A DNA stretch of 64,000 nucleotides, taken from Ranitomeya imitator. Its lineage: Eukaryota. Location of the stretch: contig NC_091282.1 of assembly GCF_032444005.1 (NCBI RefSeq), positions 470,456,001 to 470,520,000 of the forward strand, in the 5' to 3' direction. This document shows positions 22,425-33,234 of this stretch, one piece after another; position 1 is the stretch's first letter; each line of letters starts with the position of its first letter. A program made the translations under genes and the position numbers. The notes beneath the pieces were generated by a model that saw nothing but the letters and a program-made list of their open reading frames with translations, did not search any database and had not been told where the DNA came from.

Positions 22425-25400
22425 TTACCCCCCCCTCCTAGGGCCCCCCCCTCCTTGGGCCTCGCTACGTTCGAAGGCAGCAATGAGCTGCGGAGCCCGA
22501 ATGTGCTCAGCAGGCTCCCAGGATCTATCCTCAGGGCCGTAACCCCTCCAGTCCACTAAATAAAATTTTTTGCCACGAACCACCTTGTACCCCAAGATCG
22601 CGTTCACCTCGTAATCGTCCGTAGACGAACCCGACGTCTCAGTAGATGACTCAGAAAACCGGGACATGTAGACGGGCTTAAGGAGGGACACGTGAAAGGT
22701 GTCGGTGATACCCAGGCGTGGAGGAAGGGCCAGACGGTAAACCACAGGATTAACCTGTTCGAGGACCTTAAAAGGACCTAAGTAGCGAGGTGCAAACTTG
22801 GTGGACTCAACTCGCAGCCTGATGTTACGGGCGGAGAGCCACACTAAGTCGCCAGGAGCAAAGGTTGGAGCGGGGCGCCGATGTGCATCGGCGGAGGACC
22901 TCATTCTCTCCTTGGAAGCCTGAATAGCATCCTGAGTGCGATCCCAAATGTCCCGTGCCTCCACAGCCCAGTCTGCCACCCTGGAATCGGCGGAAGACAC
23001 GGGCATGGGCACAGGTACCCTCGGATGCTGACCATAGTTAAGGAGGAATGGAGTCTGTCCAGTGGAATCAGCGACAGCATTGTTAAGAGCAAACTCCGCC
23101 CACGGTAGCAAAGATGCCCAGTCATCCTGCTTAGCAGAAACAAAATGTCGCAGATATGTGACCAAGGTCTGGTTGGCTCTCTCTACCAACCCATTCGTCT
23201 CGGGATGATAAGCCGAAGAGAGATTCAACTCGATACTGAGAAGACGACAAAGCTCTCTCCAGAACCGAGACGCAAACTGGGGACCTCGGTCACTGACAAT
23301 TTTGTCTGGCATACCGTGAAGACGAAAGATGTGTTTGACAAACAACGCTGCCAAGGCCCGTGCAGAAGGTAACCGGGGAAGTGGCACCAAATGCACCATT
23401 TTAGAAAAATGGTCGGTGATTACCCAAATAATGGTACAGCCACGAGACTTGGGCAAACCCACAACAAAATCCATCCCGACCATTTCCCAGGGCCTGTCTG
23501 CCACCGGCAGAGGGTATAACAAACCAGCTGGCCGTTGTCGGGAAGACTTATTCTTGGCACAAGAGACACATGCCCGAACGTAGTCTCCGACGTCACGAAC
23601 CATATGTGGCCACCAGGACGTCCTCGCCAGTAGCTCAGAGGTCCTTTTAGCCCCAAAGTGTCCACCCACTCTGGACGAATGAGCCCAAGAGAGAACCTCC
23701 GGACGCAAATTGATGGGAACAAAAGTCTTGCCCGGGGGCACAGACTCCAGCGAAACCGGAGCTACAGTTCTCAGACTCTCCGAAGGGACAATGAGCCGAG
23801 GCTCGTCCTCCTCCTCCTCAGCTGACACGAAGGAGCGAGAGAGAGCGTCGGCACGAATGTTCTTCTCCCCGGCGAGATAATGTAGGGTAAAGTGGAACCG
23901 GGAGAAAAACAAGGACCATCTGGCCTGACGAGAATTCAGCCGCTGGGCTGTTTGTAAATAGACCAAATTCTTGTGATCCGTGAAAACCTGGAATGGGAAT
24001 CGGGCACCCTCCAAGAGATGTCTCCACTCAGAAAAGGCCAACTTCATTGCCAACAACTCTCTATCCCCGATGGAGTAATTTCTCTCCGCTGGTGTGAAGG
24101 TCTTAGAGAAAAAGAAGCATGGATGCTTCCGACCCTGAGCATCCTTTTGATAGAGGACTGCTCCAGCACCAACGGATGAGGCATCCACTTCCAAAAGGAA
24201 TGGCTTACCCACATCGGAACGATGTAAGATAGGAGCGCTGGCAAAATGGGTCTTTATAGAAGAGAAGGCCTTGGAGACCCCTTCGGACCACAATTTGGGA
24301 TTCGCTCCCTTCTTGGTGAGGGATACCAAGGGAGCTACCAAAGTTGAAAAGTGGGGAATGAACTGGCGATAGTAATTTATGAACCCCATAAAGCGCTGCA
24401 CCGCTTTAAGAGAATGGGGTTCCTGCCAGTCCATCACTGCTTGTAGTTTGGCAGGATCCATAGCCAATCCCTGGGCCGAGACAATATAGCCCAGGAAAGG
24501 CAAGGACTCCTGTTCAAACACACACTTCTCCAACTTTGCATACAAGGAATTTGCCCGTAAGAGTTCGAAGACTCTGCCAACATCTCTCCGGTGGGAGTCA
24601 ATATCTGGAGAAAAGATGAGAATATCATCCAGATAGACTACGACCGAGGTAGAAAGCATATCCCGGAAGATATCGTTGACGAAGTCCTGAAAAACGGCTG
24701 GGGCATTACAGAGCCCGACAGGCATCACCAGGTACTCATAGTGCCCATCCCTGGTATTGAAAGCCGTCTTCCACTCGTCCCCCTCACGGATACGAATCAG
24801 ATTGTAGGCACCCCGCAGATCTAACTTGGTGAATATTTTAGCTCCCCTTAACCTGTCAAAGAGCTCCGATATCAGGGGCAACGGGTATTTATTCTTAATG
24901 GTGATAGCATTGAGACCCCTGTAATCGATGCAAGGACGTAACTCTCCGTTCTTCTTCTGCACGAAGAAGAATCCCGCCCCTGCCGGAGACACTGACTTCC
25001 TTATAAATCCTCTTGCTAAATTCTCCTGAATGTATTGAGACATAGCCTCCGTCTCAGGGAGAGAGAGGGGATATACCCTTCCCCTAGGAGGTTCAGCTCC
25101 CGGCAAGAGGTCGATAGGACAGTCGTAAGGGCGATGGGGCGGTAGAGTCTCAGCAGCCTTTTTAGAGAACACGTCTGCATAACACCAATAATACCTGGGA
25201 AGCGACGAGAGATCTGCGGGTACCTGGGTAGTAGAGACCTGTACACACTCACTCACACATCTGCCCAAACATGACTTACTCCAGCCCAATATTTTCCCTG
25301 AGGACCACTCAATATGTGGCGAGTGGAAACGGAGCCAGGGTATTCCCAGCAAAATCTCATCCATTCCCTCAGGAAGGACAAGAAGGGAAATAATCTCCTG

Positions 25401-25697
25401 GTGGGAAGGAGACATGGACAGCGATAACGGGACTGTCTGGTGCGTGATTTGCAGTGGGAGTGTTGCCCCATTCACAACTCTAACCGTTATTGGTTTGGCG
25501 AGCATGACCAGTGGTATAGCATGACGTGTAGCAAAAGCAGAGGACATGAAACTTCCCTCTGCTCCTGAATCCACACAAAGGTCGACTGTAAGAGTGGAGG
25601 AGCCTAACAGGATTGTCCCTTTAAAGGACAGTTTGGAGGAGAATGCTGCTGTGTCTAGTGAACCTCCCCCAATGGCCACTAGACGCGATCGTTTCCC
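22425..25697 (-). CDS. pol: Pol polyprotein (protease-RT-RNase H-integrase-chromodomain), expressed by -1 frameshift
   Basis: ORF 22425-25712 (1095 aa): LCVDSGA protease, YLDDILIFS RT, VDASSVGAGAVL RNase H, H-H-C-C plus DDE integrase, GPF motif, chromodomain YEVNAIL...YLVDWRGYGPEDRSWEP. Confidence 0.96.
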   Translation of the reverse strand, partial: GKRSRLVAIGGGSLDTAAFSSKLSFKGTILLGSSTLTVDLCVDSGAEGSFMSSAFATRHAIPLVMLAKPITVRVVNGATLPLQITHQTVPLSLSMSPSHQEIISLLVLPEGMDEILLGIPWLRFHSPHIEWSSGKILGWSKSCLGRCVSECVQVSTTQVPADLSSLPRYYWCYADVFSKKAAETLPPHRPYDCPIDLLPGAEPPRGRVYPLSLPETEAMSQYIQENLARGFIRKSVSPAGAGFFFVQKKNGELRPCIDYRGLNAITIKNKYPLPLISELFDRLRGAKIFTKLDLRGAYNLIRIREGDEWKTAFNTRDGHYEYLVMPVGLCNAPAVFQDFVNDIFRDMLSTSVVVYLDDILIFSPDIDSHRRDVGRVFELLRANSLYAKLEKCVFEQESLPFLGYIVSAQGLAMDPAKLQAVMDWQEPHSLKAVQRFMGFINYYRQFIPHFSTLVAPLVSLTKKGANPKLWSEGVSKAFSSIKTHFASAPILHRSDVGKPFLLEVDASSVGAGAVLYQKDAQGRKHPCFFFSKTFTPAERNYSIGDRELLAMKLAFSEWRHLLEGARFPFQVFTDHKNLVYLQTAQRLNSRQARWSLFFSRFHFTLHYLAGEKNIRADALSRSFVSAEEEEDEPRLIVPSESLRTVAPVSLESVPPGKTFVPINLRPEVLSWAHSSRVGGHFGAKRTSELLARTSWWPHMVRDVGDYVRACVSCAKNKSSRQRPAGLLYPLPVADRPWEMVGMDFVVGLPKSRGCTIIWVITDHFSKMVHLVPLPRLPSARALAALFVKHIFRLHGMPDKIVSDRGPQFASRFWRELCRLLSIELNLSSAYHPETNGLVERANQTLVTYLRHFVSAKQDDWASLLPWAEFALNNAVADSTGQTPFLLNYGQHPRVPVPMPVSSADSRVADWAVEARDIWDRTQDAIQASKERMRSSADAHRRPAPTFAPGDLVWLSARNIRLRVESTKFAPRYLGPFKVLEQVNPVVYRLALPPRLGITDTFHVSLLKPVYMSRFSESSTETSGSSTDDYEVNAILGYKVVRGKKFYLVDWRGYGPEDRSWEPAEHIRAPQLIAAFERSEAQGGGGPRRGG
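25653..25697 (-). promoter_or_regulatory. Programmed -1 ribosomal frameshift signal
   Basis: G GGA AAC heptamer (25697-25691) in the gag frame, 6-nt spacer, then an 8-bp stem GTCTAGTG/CACTAGAC; pol is in the -1 frame. Confidence 0.85.
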
Positions 25698-26566
25698 GAC
25701 CGCCGCGGACATTTATTGGCGTAATGTCCATGTTGTCGACAGTTATTACAAACTACGGGTACTCGAGCGGCTAGAGATTTAGGTCCCGCTCGAGAAACCT
25801 CCATGGCCTCATGAGAATCTGACGCCAAGACAGGAGATTCCAGAGGTCTGGCGAAAGTTGGAGCCAGCCGAAACCTCTGCCTACACTGGGTCCGCTCCAA
25901 CCTCCGCTCGTGAAAACGGAGGTCGATGCGGGTAGACACGGAAATAAGTTCCTCCAGTGTGGCCGGTATCTCCCTAGTGGCCAAGGCGTCTTTCACGTGG
26001 TCTGCCAGTCCCCTCCAGAACACCGGAATAAGAACTTTGTCTGGCCACTCTAACTCTGAAGCTAGAGTCCGGAACTGAATGGCAAACTGGCTGACCACGG
26101 AGGTACCCTGTGTAATGGACAACAATTGGAGTGCGGTGTCGTGGGTAACCCGAGGCCCTAAAAAGACCTGCTTCAGAGTGTCCAAGAAGAGAGGAGCACT
26201 CTGTACCACACGATCATCTCGCTCCCAGAGTGGCGTTGCCCACTCCAACGCCCTGCCCGACAAGAGAGATAGGATAAATCCCACTCTCGCCCGCTCCGTA
26301 GGAAAACGTGACGCCAGGAGCTCAAGATGTATAGAGCACTGACTCACGAATCCACGACAATGTTTGCTGTCGCCAGCAAACTTGTCAGGTAGTGGGAGAC
26401 GGGATAAAGTCGGAGCAGGGGTGGCAGTGGACAAACTGGCTGCGGCTACACTTGCAGCCTGCACAGCTACAGCAGTGACATCCACAGCTGAGGTTGTACG
26501 CTCAAGAGCCGCCAACCTTCCCTCCAGCTGCTGGATGTACCGCTGTAAACGCTGGTCGTCCGCCAT
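25679..26566 (-). CDS. gag: Gag (PEG10/RTL-like capsid with CCHC knuckle), 295 aa
   Basis: LPLPDKFAGD...CRGFVSQC...ALEWATPLWE capsid-like segment; CNNCRQHGHYANKC zinc knuckle. Confidence 0.95.
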   Translation of the reverse strand: MADDQRLQRYIQQLEGRLAALERTTSAVDVTAVAVQAASVAAASLSTATPAPTLSRLPLPDKFAGDSKHCRGFVSQCSIHLELLASRFPTERARVGFILSLLSGRALEWATPLWERDDRVVQSAPLFLDTLKQVFLGPRVTHDTALQLLSITQGTSVVSQFAIQFRTLASELEWPDKVLIPVFWRGLADHVKDALATREIPATLEELISVSTRIDLRFHERRLERTQCRQRFRLAPTFARPLESPVLASDSHEAMEVSRAGPKSLAARVPVVCNNCRQHGHYANKCPRRSGNDRV

Positions 26567-26585
26567 TTTTACTAGCCAGACCCTG

Positions 26586-26596
26586 GCGCTAGTATT
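26586..26596 (-). promoter_or_regulatory. Self-priming primer binding site (AATACTAGCGC)
   Basis: Lies 1 nt inside the 5' LTR boundary; perfectly complementary to GCGCTAGTATT at 27173-27163, which starts 30 nt downstream of the first T of TATATAAA (27203-27196). Confidence 0.85.
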
Positions 26597-26597
26597 C

Positions 26598-27572
26598 TGT
26601 TAGGACTGGCGGAACGCACCTAGACAGATGATAAAGGTGCGTTCGCAGTCCGGGGTCCACCGTGCAGGTGAGAACCTGCTGCTAGCAATTTGCAGACAAT
26701 ATGGCGGTACACTAAAGTATACACGCGTGGGTTAAACCTCACCCAGCGTGAAGAAAGCGATCCTGTTAATTCACAGGACCGCAGTACCGCACTAGTGCGC
26801 GAGCAAGTGGTCAGCGGACTTAACCCCAGAAGGGATTGAAGCCCGATTAGACCCTTGCTGGCGTAACACCGCAACTGGGTGTGTAGAGAACCTTAAGAAA
26901 TATAAGTGCACAAGAGTGCAAGCGATGCCGCTCTAACGGACGCCACTAACCACCCAGACTCGGGTATGGAAAGCGCAAGGCAGGCGCACGGCGCCGTACT
27001 GGCAGGCACAGCTACAGGACGCTGAGATGTGTGTTTAGTGCTGTAGGCTAAGTTGGGCGCTAGATAGCAGCCATACACCTTCCGCGAACAGACATTCAAT
27101 AGGGTAGGGGTTTCCAAGGACGACTTGCACTCACAACATACACACATAAACAATTGTCAGATAATACTAGCGCATGGCCGTGCGGTCATGCGCAGTTTAT
27201 ATAGCAGCAGCACAGGAAGAGGCCACAGCACCTTTGCCCTTCCAGGGCCTGCAAAGAGGACCAATGGAATGTGCTGCAGAGCCTGAGCACATGACCCTCG
27301 ATCTCCAACGGGAGACCTTATGCTGGGCATGCTCAGTACGTGCAGACAAGGACTTAGTCCCAGGGAAGTCCGCTCGCTGCTGACCAGCATTGACTTTAAT
27401 GGCAGAGACTGGAGAAGCAGCAGTAACTCTCAGAACAGAGTGAGGATGAGCAAGACGCTGGGACCGACGTCTTTGCTGAGCAGACTCCACTGCGGCTGGA
27501 CAAGAATGGGAGACCGCAGCGGAGGCGGCTCGAGATTCCCCCTGTGCAGAAGCGGGAACTCGACCCCTAACA
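26598..27572 (-). repeat. 5' LTR with TATA box
   Basis: Near-identical to the 3' LTR (four substitutions seen by eye); TATATAAA on the - strand at 27203-27196. Confidence 0.97.
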
Positions 27573-29101
27573 CAAAGTTCATTGTAATCAATAGATCTTG
27601 GAATAATAATAATTTTCAAAATTAGATGTTTTAAAAAAAATGTTGCTGTACTGAGATAATCTTATACATGTGCCCTTGCTATGTGCTGTCCAATTGTTAT
27701 GTCTGAACATGCAAGGACATGGTCTGATCATACCACAGCTCCAGGGCTGGGGGGGAAGTAAAAAAGTATACTGATATTACAGCATGGGATCACAAATAAT
27801 TATTTCTTTGATGTAAAACATTTATTTAAAAGAGGCAGGGAAATGCTTTATCTCACAACAAGAATCAGCTGTGATCCCCTGCTGTCCTGTCTGTATACTC
27901 TTTTGCTTCCTCCCCTGCCCAGGAGATGCGGTATGAGCAGACCATGTCCCTGTACGGTCAGACACGACCATTGCACAGTACACAGCAGGGACACATTTAT
28001 AAGATTATCTCAGCACAAGAACATTTTCATTAAACACATCCAGTTGTGGAAATTATTATTATTCCAAGATCTATTGATTAAATCAACTAGAAAAGTAGCT
28101 TTGTTTGAGGGAAAATCTCTTTATGCCTTTTCATTTCCTCTACAATTCTGGTACAGAAACTCACAATCCATGCAGAAACTATATAGAAAATATTGCCTGT
28201 GTCTTGAAAAAAATGAAATCACAATTACATATTTAGAATTCATATTTATATTTGTGTGTGAGCTAGTTGTAAATTATCATTTTTTTCCTCTGATTGAATA
28301 ATTTTTTGACTAAAATATTATAGCTGTAGGAGTTGTGACAGTTCACTCCATTTACGTAGTCTTTACTAACGTGTCAAACAGTAAACATGAAATGATACTT
28401 TGTCAATCACAAGTTTCTTTGCCGGAATGGTAGGGAAAGCTGGATTAATTTTCTATGCCTTTTGTTTTTTTTTTCTTCCCTTTGTAAAAGAACATACATC
28501 TACAAGATTAGGAATATGTTGCAGAAGCGTCTCCTGTGGGCACCCCAGGCATAAGATGCTTTGTTTGAGGATGTGTCAAACAGAAGTATTGATTTGCCTC
28601 TTCATAGAATGCAAGAGGGAGGGAGATTAATTATTTCCTTTGAAATGCCAAGCAAAACAAGACAATGAACATAAAAGGACATCATATGAATAAAATATAT
28701 ATGAGACAAGTTTATATATCCTAATTATAAACCCCTGCATAGGTATCTTCTTGTAAATTGTTATGCACCAACTAAACATTTTTTTCTTAGGAATACTGCT
28801 GTGAATATCATTGTGGTTAAAGTCATTTGTCCTCTGAACAACAGTAAACCCAGCTGTGTAGTCTTACGTACTTGCCTACTCAAATATTGAAACTATGTTT
28901 TTATATAGCAGTTTTAGGTGCATAATTACAAAACATTTGGGATATAGTTCATCCATTCCTGTAAATTCCAATAATTTCGCTGGTGTTCCAAACACCACAC
29001 TAAGGTCACACTTAGCCTATGTGATGTCGTTATGACTATGTTGCTCTCCATCTCAATCTCACAATCACTCCCAATGAAGCTATGGATTAAACCCAACACA
29101 C

Positions 29102-29901
29102 TAATAAGAATAATCTATATTTTTATATAGCGCTAACATACAGTACAGACCAAAAGTTTGGACACACCTAAATAAATGATGACTGACCTTCATTTCTTAA
29201 AGTAATGATGGCTGCTCATTTTTCTTAGCTGCATTTTTCTTGCCATAATACACATTCTAACAGTCTATTCAGTAGGACTATCAACTGTGTATCCACCAGA
29301 CTTCTGCACAACACAACTAATGGTCCCAACCCCATTTATAAGGCAAGAAATCCCACTTATTAAACCTGACAGGGCACACCTGTGAAGTGAAAACCATTCC
29401 CGGTGACTACCTCTTGAAGCTCATCAAGAGAATGCCAATAGTGTGCAAAGCAGTCATCAAAGCAAAAGGTGGCTACTTTGAAGAACCTAGAATAGAAGAC
29501 ATATTTTCAGTTGTTTCACACTTTTTTTTTAAGTATATAATTCCACATGTGTTAATTCATAGTTTTGATGCCTTCAGTGTGAATTTACAATTTTCATAGT
29601 CAGGAAAATACAGAAAAATCTTTAAATGAGAAGGTGTGTCCAAACTTTTGGTCTGTACTGCATTCTGCAGTGCTTTACAGTTGCACACGTTATCATTGCT
29701 GTCCCTGATGGGGCTCACAATCTAAATTCCCTGTCAGTATGTTTATGGAATGTGGGAGGAAACTGGGTTACCCAGAGGAAACCCACGCAAACGCGGGGAG
29801 AATATACAAACTCCTTGCAGATGTTATCCTTGGTGGGATTTGAACTCAGGACTCCAACGCTGCAAGGCTTCAGTGCTAACCACTGAGCCATCGTGCTGCC
29901 C
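29102..29901 (-). mobile_element. tRNA-derived SINE (V-SINE-like core, L2-like tail) interrupted by a Tc1 derivative
   Basis: On the - strand: A box TGGCTCAGTGG, B box GAGTTCAAATCC, core GTTTGCGTGGGTTTCCTC, (TTA)n-type tail. Confidence 0.85.
29141..29660 (+). mobile_element. Internally deleted Tc1 copy (same family as 485-4000)
   Basis: CAGTACAGACCAAAAGTTTGGACACACC start and the same inverted end; retains only the transposase C-terminus (KTIPGDYLLKLIKRMP). Confidence 0.9.
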
Positions 29902-29999
29902 TGCACTGAAAATTAAGGGTATTGAAAGTGTAGATACTTTCCCTGCTCCAGACATTTACTAGAAAGCACAAAAACCCAGCTACCCACCCACAGGCCCAA

Positions 30000-32030
30000 A
30001 TGGTAAACAACCACATTGCCATATTGCTAGACCTGGAAATGTTTCGATTTGTGGGAACTGAGTCTTTCTGTGATTTCTTGGCGGTGGTAGCCCCACAGTA
30101 CTCATTCCCAGCCAACACTATTTTTCCCAGTGTTTCGTCCCCACGTTGCATAAGCATGTGTTACGCAATATCAGTCGTGCTCTGGCCAATGCAATCACAG
30201 GGAAGGTCCAGCTAACTTCAGACACGTGGACAAGTTCTTGTGGACATTGAGAATACATTTCCCAGACAGCACACTGGGCTAACCTGGTGGAGTCTTGCAC
30301 AGAATCATAAGCTGGGACATCACACATCTTACCCACACCAAAAATAGTGGGCCCAACGTCCATCAGGGTTTCAGTCTCCTCATATTCCACTTCCTGTCTC
30401 TCCTCATCCTCAATGAAACTAGCCTCCCCATCACTCCCCAGCTGAGAAATATGCAGCACTGCCTTGGTGAAGCAGCAGCACACACTGCTGAGGCTCATCT
30501 GTGTAGGTGATAAAGCTCACAATACAGCTGAGCTGTTGAAAGGGATAAAAGAGCAGACAGATCAGTGGCTCTCCCTGCTGAACCTCCAAGCAGGTCTGGT
30601 TGTGTGCAATAATGGGCATAACTTGGTGGCAGCTTTAAAGCTTGGCAAGCTGGTAGAAATTCCATGCATGGCCCACCTACTGAACTTGGTTGTACAGTGG
30701 ATTTTAAAAACATTCCCTGACTTACCTGACCTACTTGCTAAGGTACGCTGTTTCAGCCCACATTTCCAAAAGTTATCTCAGGCTTTTGTCGGTCTAGCTT
30801 TACTGCAGCAGCACTTTAATTTGCCTCCTTCACCAACTGATTTGTGAGGTGCCCACATGCTGGAATTCAACCTTCCATATGTTGGCAAGGCTTAGTGAGC
30901 AGCAGAGGGCAGTATCTGAATTCCAGATTCTCAATGCCCATCAGAGTAACACTCAGCCCTCACAAATAACAACTGAAGAATGGATGTGGATTACTGACTT
31001 ATGTGAGGGTCTTCAAAACTTTGAGTACTGCACGAAAATGGTGAGCGCTGATGACACTTATGAGCGTAACCATCCCACTGCTCTGTCTATTAAAACGTTC
31101 ACTGCAGAATGTGAAAGTGGAAGCTTTGAATGCCGAGCAAGTGGCTATGGAGCAAGATTGCAAAGTGGCTGATGTCACACACCCCAGCCTCACACAGTAT
31201 TCTCAGGTCACATTGGGTGATGATGAGGAACAGAAGTAGGAGGATGATGATGAGGAACAGGATTATTTGCTCTGCGCTACAGAGCAGACTCCAGCATGGA
31301 TGGCCTGAAGAGAATGAGGAGGCTATGCATTGTGGGGTGGAGAGGATGGTTAATGTTGTTCTTGGTAAGGACACTGAATATATGACTTTTTGTAATCTGC
31401 CACACATGGTAAATCTCATGTCCAGGTACCTTTCCCAAGACCTTCGCGTGAAAGACATTTTGTCTACCATGAAAAAATGGCTGTGCATCTTTCTTGACCC
31501 ACGGTACAAGACAAAAATTTGCTTCTCTCATGTCAGAGGCAGACGTGACATTTTCAGCGCATGCATGTCAGATGGCCGTTGTGGAAGACTAGCTCAAAAG
31601 ATTACCATCAGACAATGCTGGTGGCAGAGGCACTGGCTCTTTATGGTCCACAAGGATTACAGGGGAGGAACATAAACATAAGGTGCAACTCAGGGGGTAA
31701 TGTCCACCAACTGGGCCATTTTCATGAGACAATCACATCAGTAAGGGCTATTTGTGGGTGTAACTATGACAAGGAGGGAGAAATTGACCAAGATGGTAAA
31801 GGACTACTTAAGTGACCATACCAGCATCCTTTCTGATTCTTCTTCGCCCTTTAACTATAGGTTGCCCAAGCTGCACACTTGGTCCAACCTCTCATTGTAC
31901 ACCTTGGAGGTGCTTCTATGCACTGCCGTGAGTGTGTTTTCTAAGCGGGTTTTTCGTTCAGTAGGTGCAATCATAATGGATATGCGCACACACCTGTCAA
32001 AAGAAAATGCAGACACTCTACCTCTTGGAA
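30000..32030 (+). pseudogene. Second, more diverged hAT transposase pseudogene
   Basis: NNGHNLVAALKLGKLVEIPCMAHLLNLVVQ, TCWNSTFHMLARL, and hATC-like WSNLSLYTLEVLLCTAVSVFSKRVF. Confidence 0.8.
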
Positions 32031-32037
32031 TAACATA

Positions 32038-32293
32038 TAATAATAATAATCTTTATTTTTACATAGCGCTAACATATTCTGCAGCGCTTTACAGTTTGTA
32101 CACATTATCATCAATCACTGTCCCCGATGGGGCTCACAATCGAAATTCCCTATCAATATGTCTTTGGAATGTGGGAGGAAGCCCACGCAAACACGGAGAG
32201 AACATACAAACTCTTTGCAGATGTTGTCCTTGGTGGGGTTTGAACCCAGGACTCCAGCGCTGCAATGCTAACCACTGCGCCACCGTGCCGCCC
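32038..32293 (-). mobile_element. tRNA-derived SINE, second copy
   Basis: Same family as 29102-29901; A box TGGCGCAGTGG, B box GGGTTCAAACC, TTATTATTA tail. Confidence 0.85.
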
Positions 32294-32299
32294 TTCTAA

Positions 32300-32700
32300 G
32301 TGTATTGTGATATCTCCAGCATGGAGTCTTTCAGCTGTCTGAGAGAGGCCCATTGGATAATTTTTGGAAACATTTGCACAATGTGCAATGGTGAAACTTG
32401 TACTCTCTATCTTTACCTCTTGTAATAACTGCAAAGTGCATTGTGATGTCCCCATGATGGCGTCTTTTAGCCTGTATGATATTGACCTATTGAGTAATTT
32501 TGGGAAACCTTTGCAGATTGTGCAATGGTGAAACTTGTACTCTCTATCTATATCTCTTGTAATAAGTGCAAAGTGTATTGTGATGTCCCCATGACAGCAT
32601 CTTTCTGCGTGTATAATATAGACCCCTTGGGTAATTTTGGGAAACCTTTGTACATTGTGCAATGGTCAAATTTCTACTCTCAATCTCTATATATTCTATA
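32300..32700 (+). repeat. ~137-bp tandem repeat (about 3 units), probably hAT 3' region
   Basis: TGTGCAATGGT(G/C)AAA recurs at ~32383, ~32518 and ~32657. Confidence 0.7.
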
Positions 32701-32721
32701 TTATTTTTTTTATTGTGTTGC

Positions 32722-33234
32722 TGTAATGTGCTGCTGCAGTGCAGTATAGAGCAACCTCCACCAGGGGGTGCTGGTTAAGAGAAAGAGGTTGTACACACAG
32801 CGCAGCAACACTGAACAACAACATTGGTGTCACAGGTAATGAAAGAGACGTGAGACAAGCCAAGGTCATACACAGAGATAGCAGCGCGGTACAGAAGGGG
32901 CGAGCAGAGAATTATCGGGTACAAGCAAGACGTCAGAACCTACCGGGAAAGTGGTAACCAAAATGTGAGACGTAAGACGGAGTCGGGGTACAGGCCAGAG
33001 GTCAGAACAAGTCATAAATGGGTGCAGGTAGTCAGAGGCAAACAGGAACACTATTACAGGGATCAGGTCAGGAGCTCAAACAGTGCAGCATGAACTATAG
33101 CTGACAATGGCCCACAGGCTGCAGAGGACTTAAATAGCTCAGCAGGTTTCAAAGTGAGGCAGAGAGGATTAACTCCCACATGACCAGTCCAGAGACAAGA
33201 CAGCTGAACACAACCTCAGAATTGGATCATGACA
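32722..33234. mobile_element. Solo LTR (513 bp)
   Basis: TGTAATG...CATGACA; 5-bp TSD GTTGC; related to 43170-43768 (shared CCACCAGGGGGTGCTG). Confidence 0.85.

Larger units (their letters stand above)
21450..27572 (-). mobile_element. Full-length Ty3/Gypsy chromovirus-type LTR retrotransposon (Tf1/sushi-like)
   Basis: Two 975-bp LTRs (21450-22424, 26598-27572) with TG...CA ends; 5-bp TSD CAAAG at 21445-21449 and 27573-27577; uninterrupted gag and pol ORFs. Confidence 0.98.
21428..28122. mobile_element. TTAA-AGGG-type (T2/Kolobok-like) palindromic MITE split by the Gypsy insertion
   Basis: TTAA|AGGGGTTGTACC at 21424-21439. The sequence resumes at 27573, with inverted arms AATAGATCTTGGAATAATAATAATTT (~27590) and its complement (~28050-28077). 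Right end is degenerate. Confidence 0.6.

Noticed and set aside
21472-22483. Several 70-140 aa ORFs duplicated at 26620-27625
   Set aside because: They lie within the two LTRs and have no domain similarity.
29830-29901. tRNA-like A and B boxes (also at 32225-32293)
   Set aside because: These are SINE heads and do not form a complete tRNA cloverleaf.
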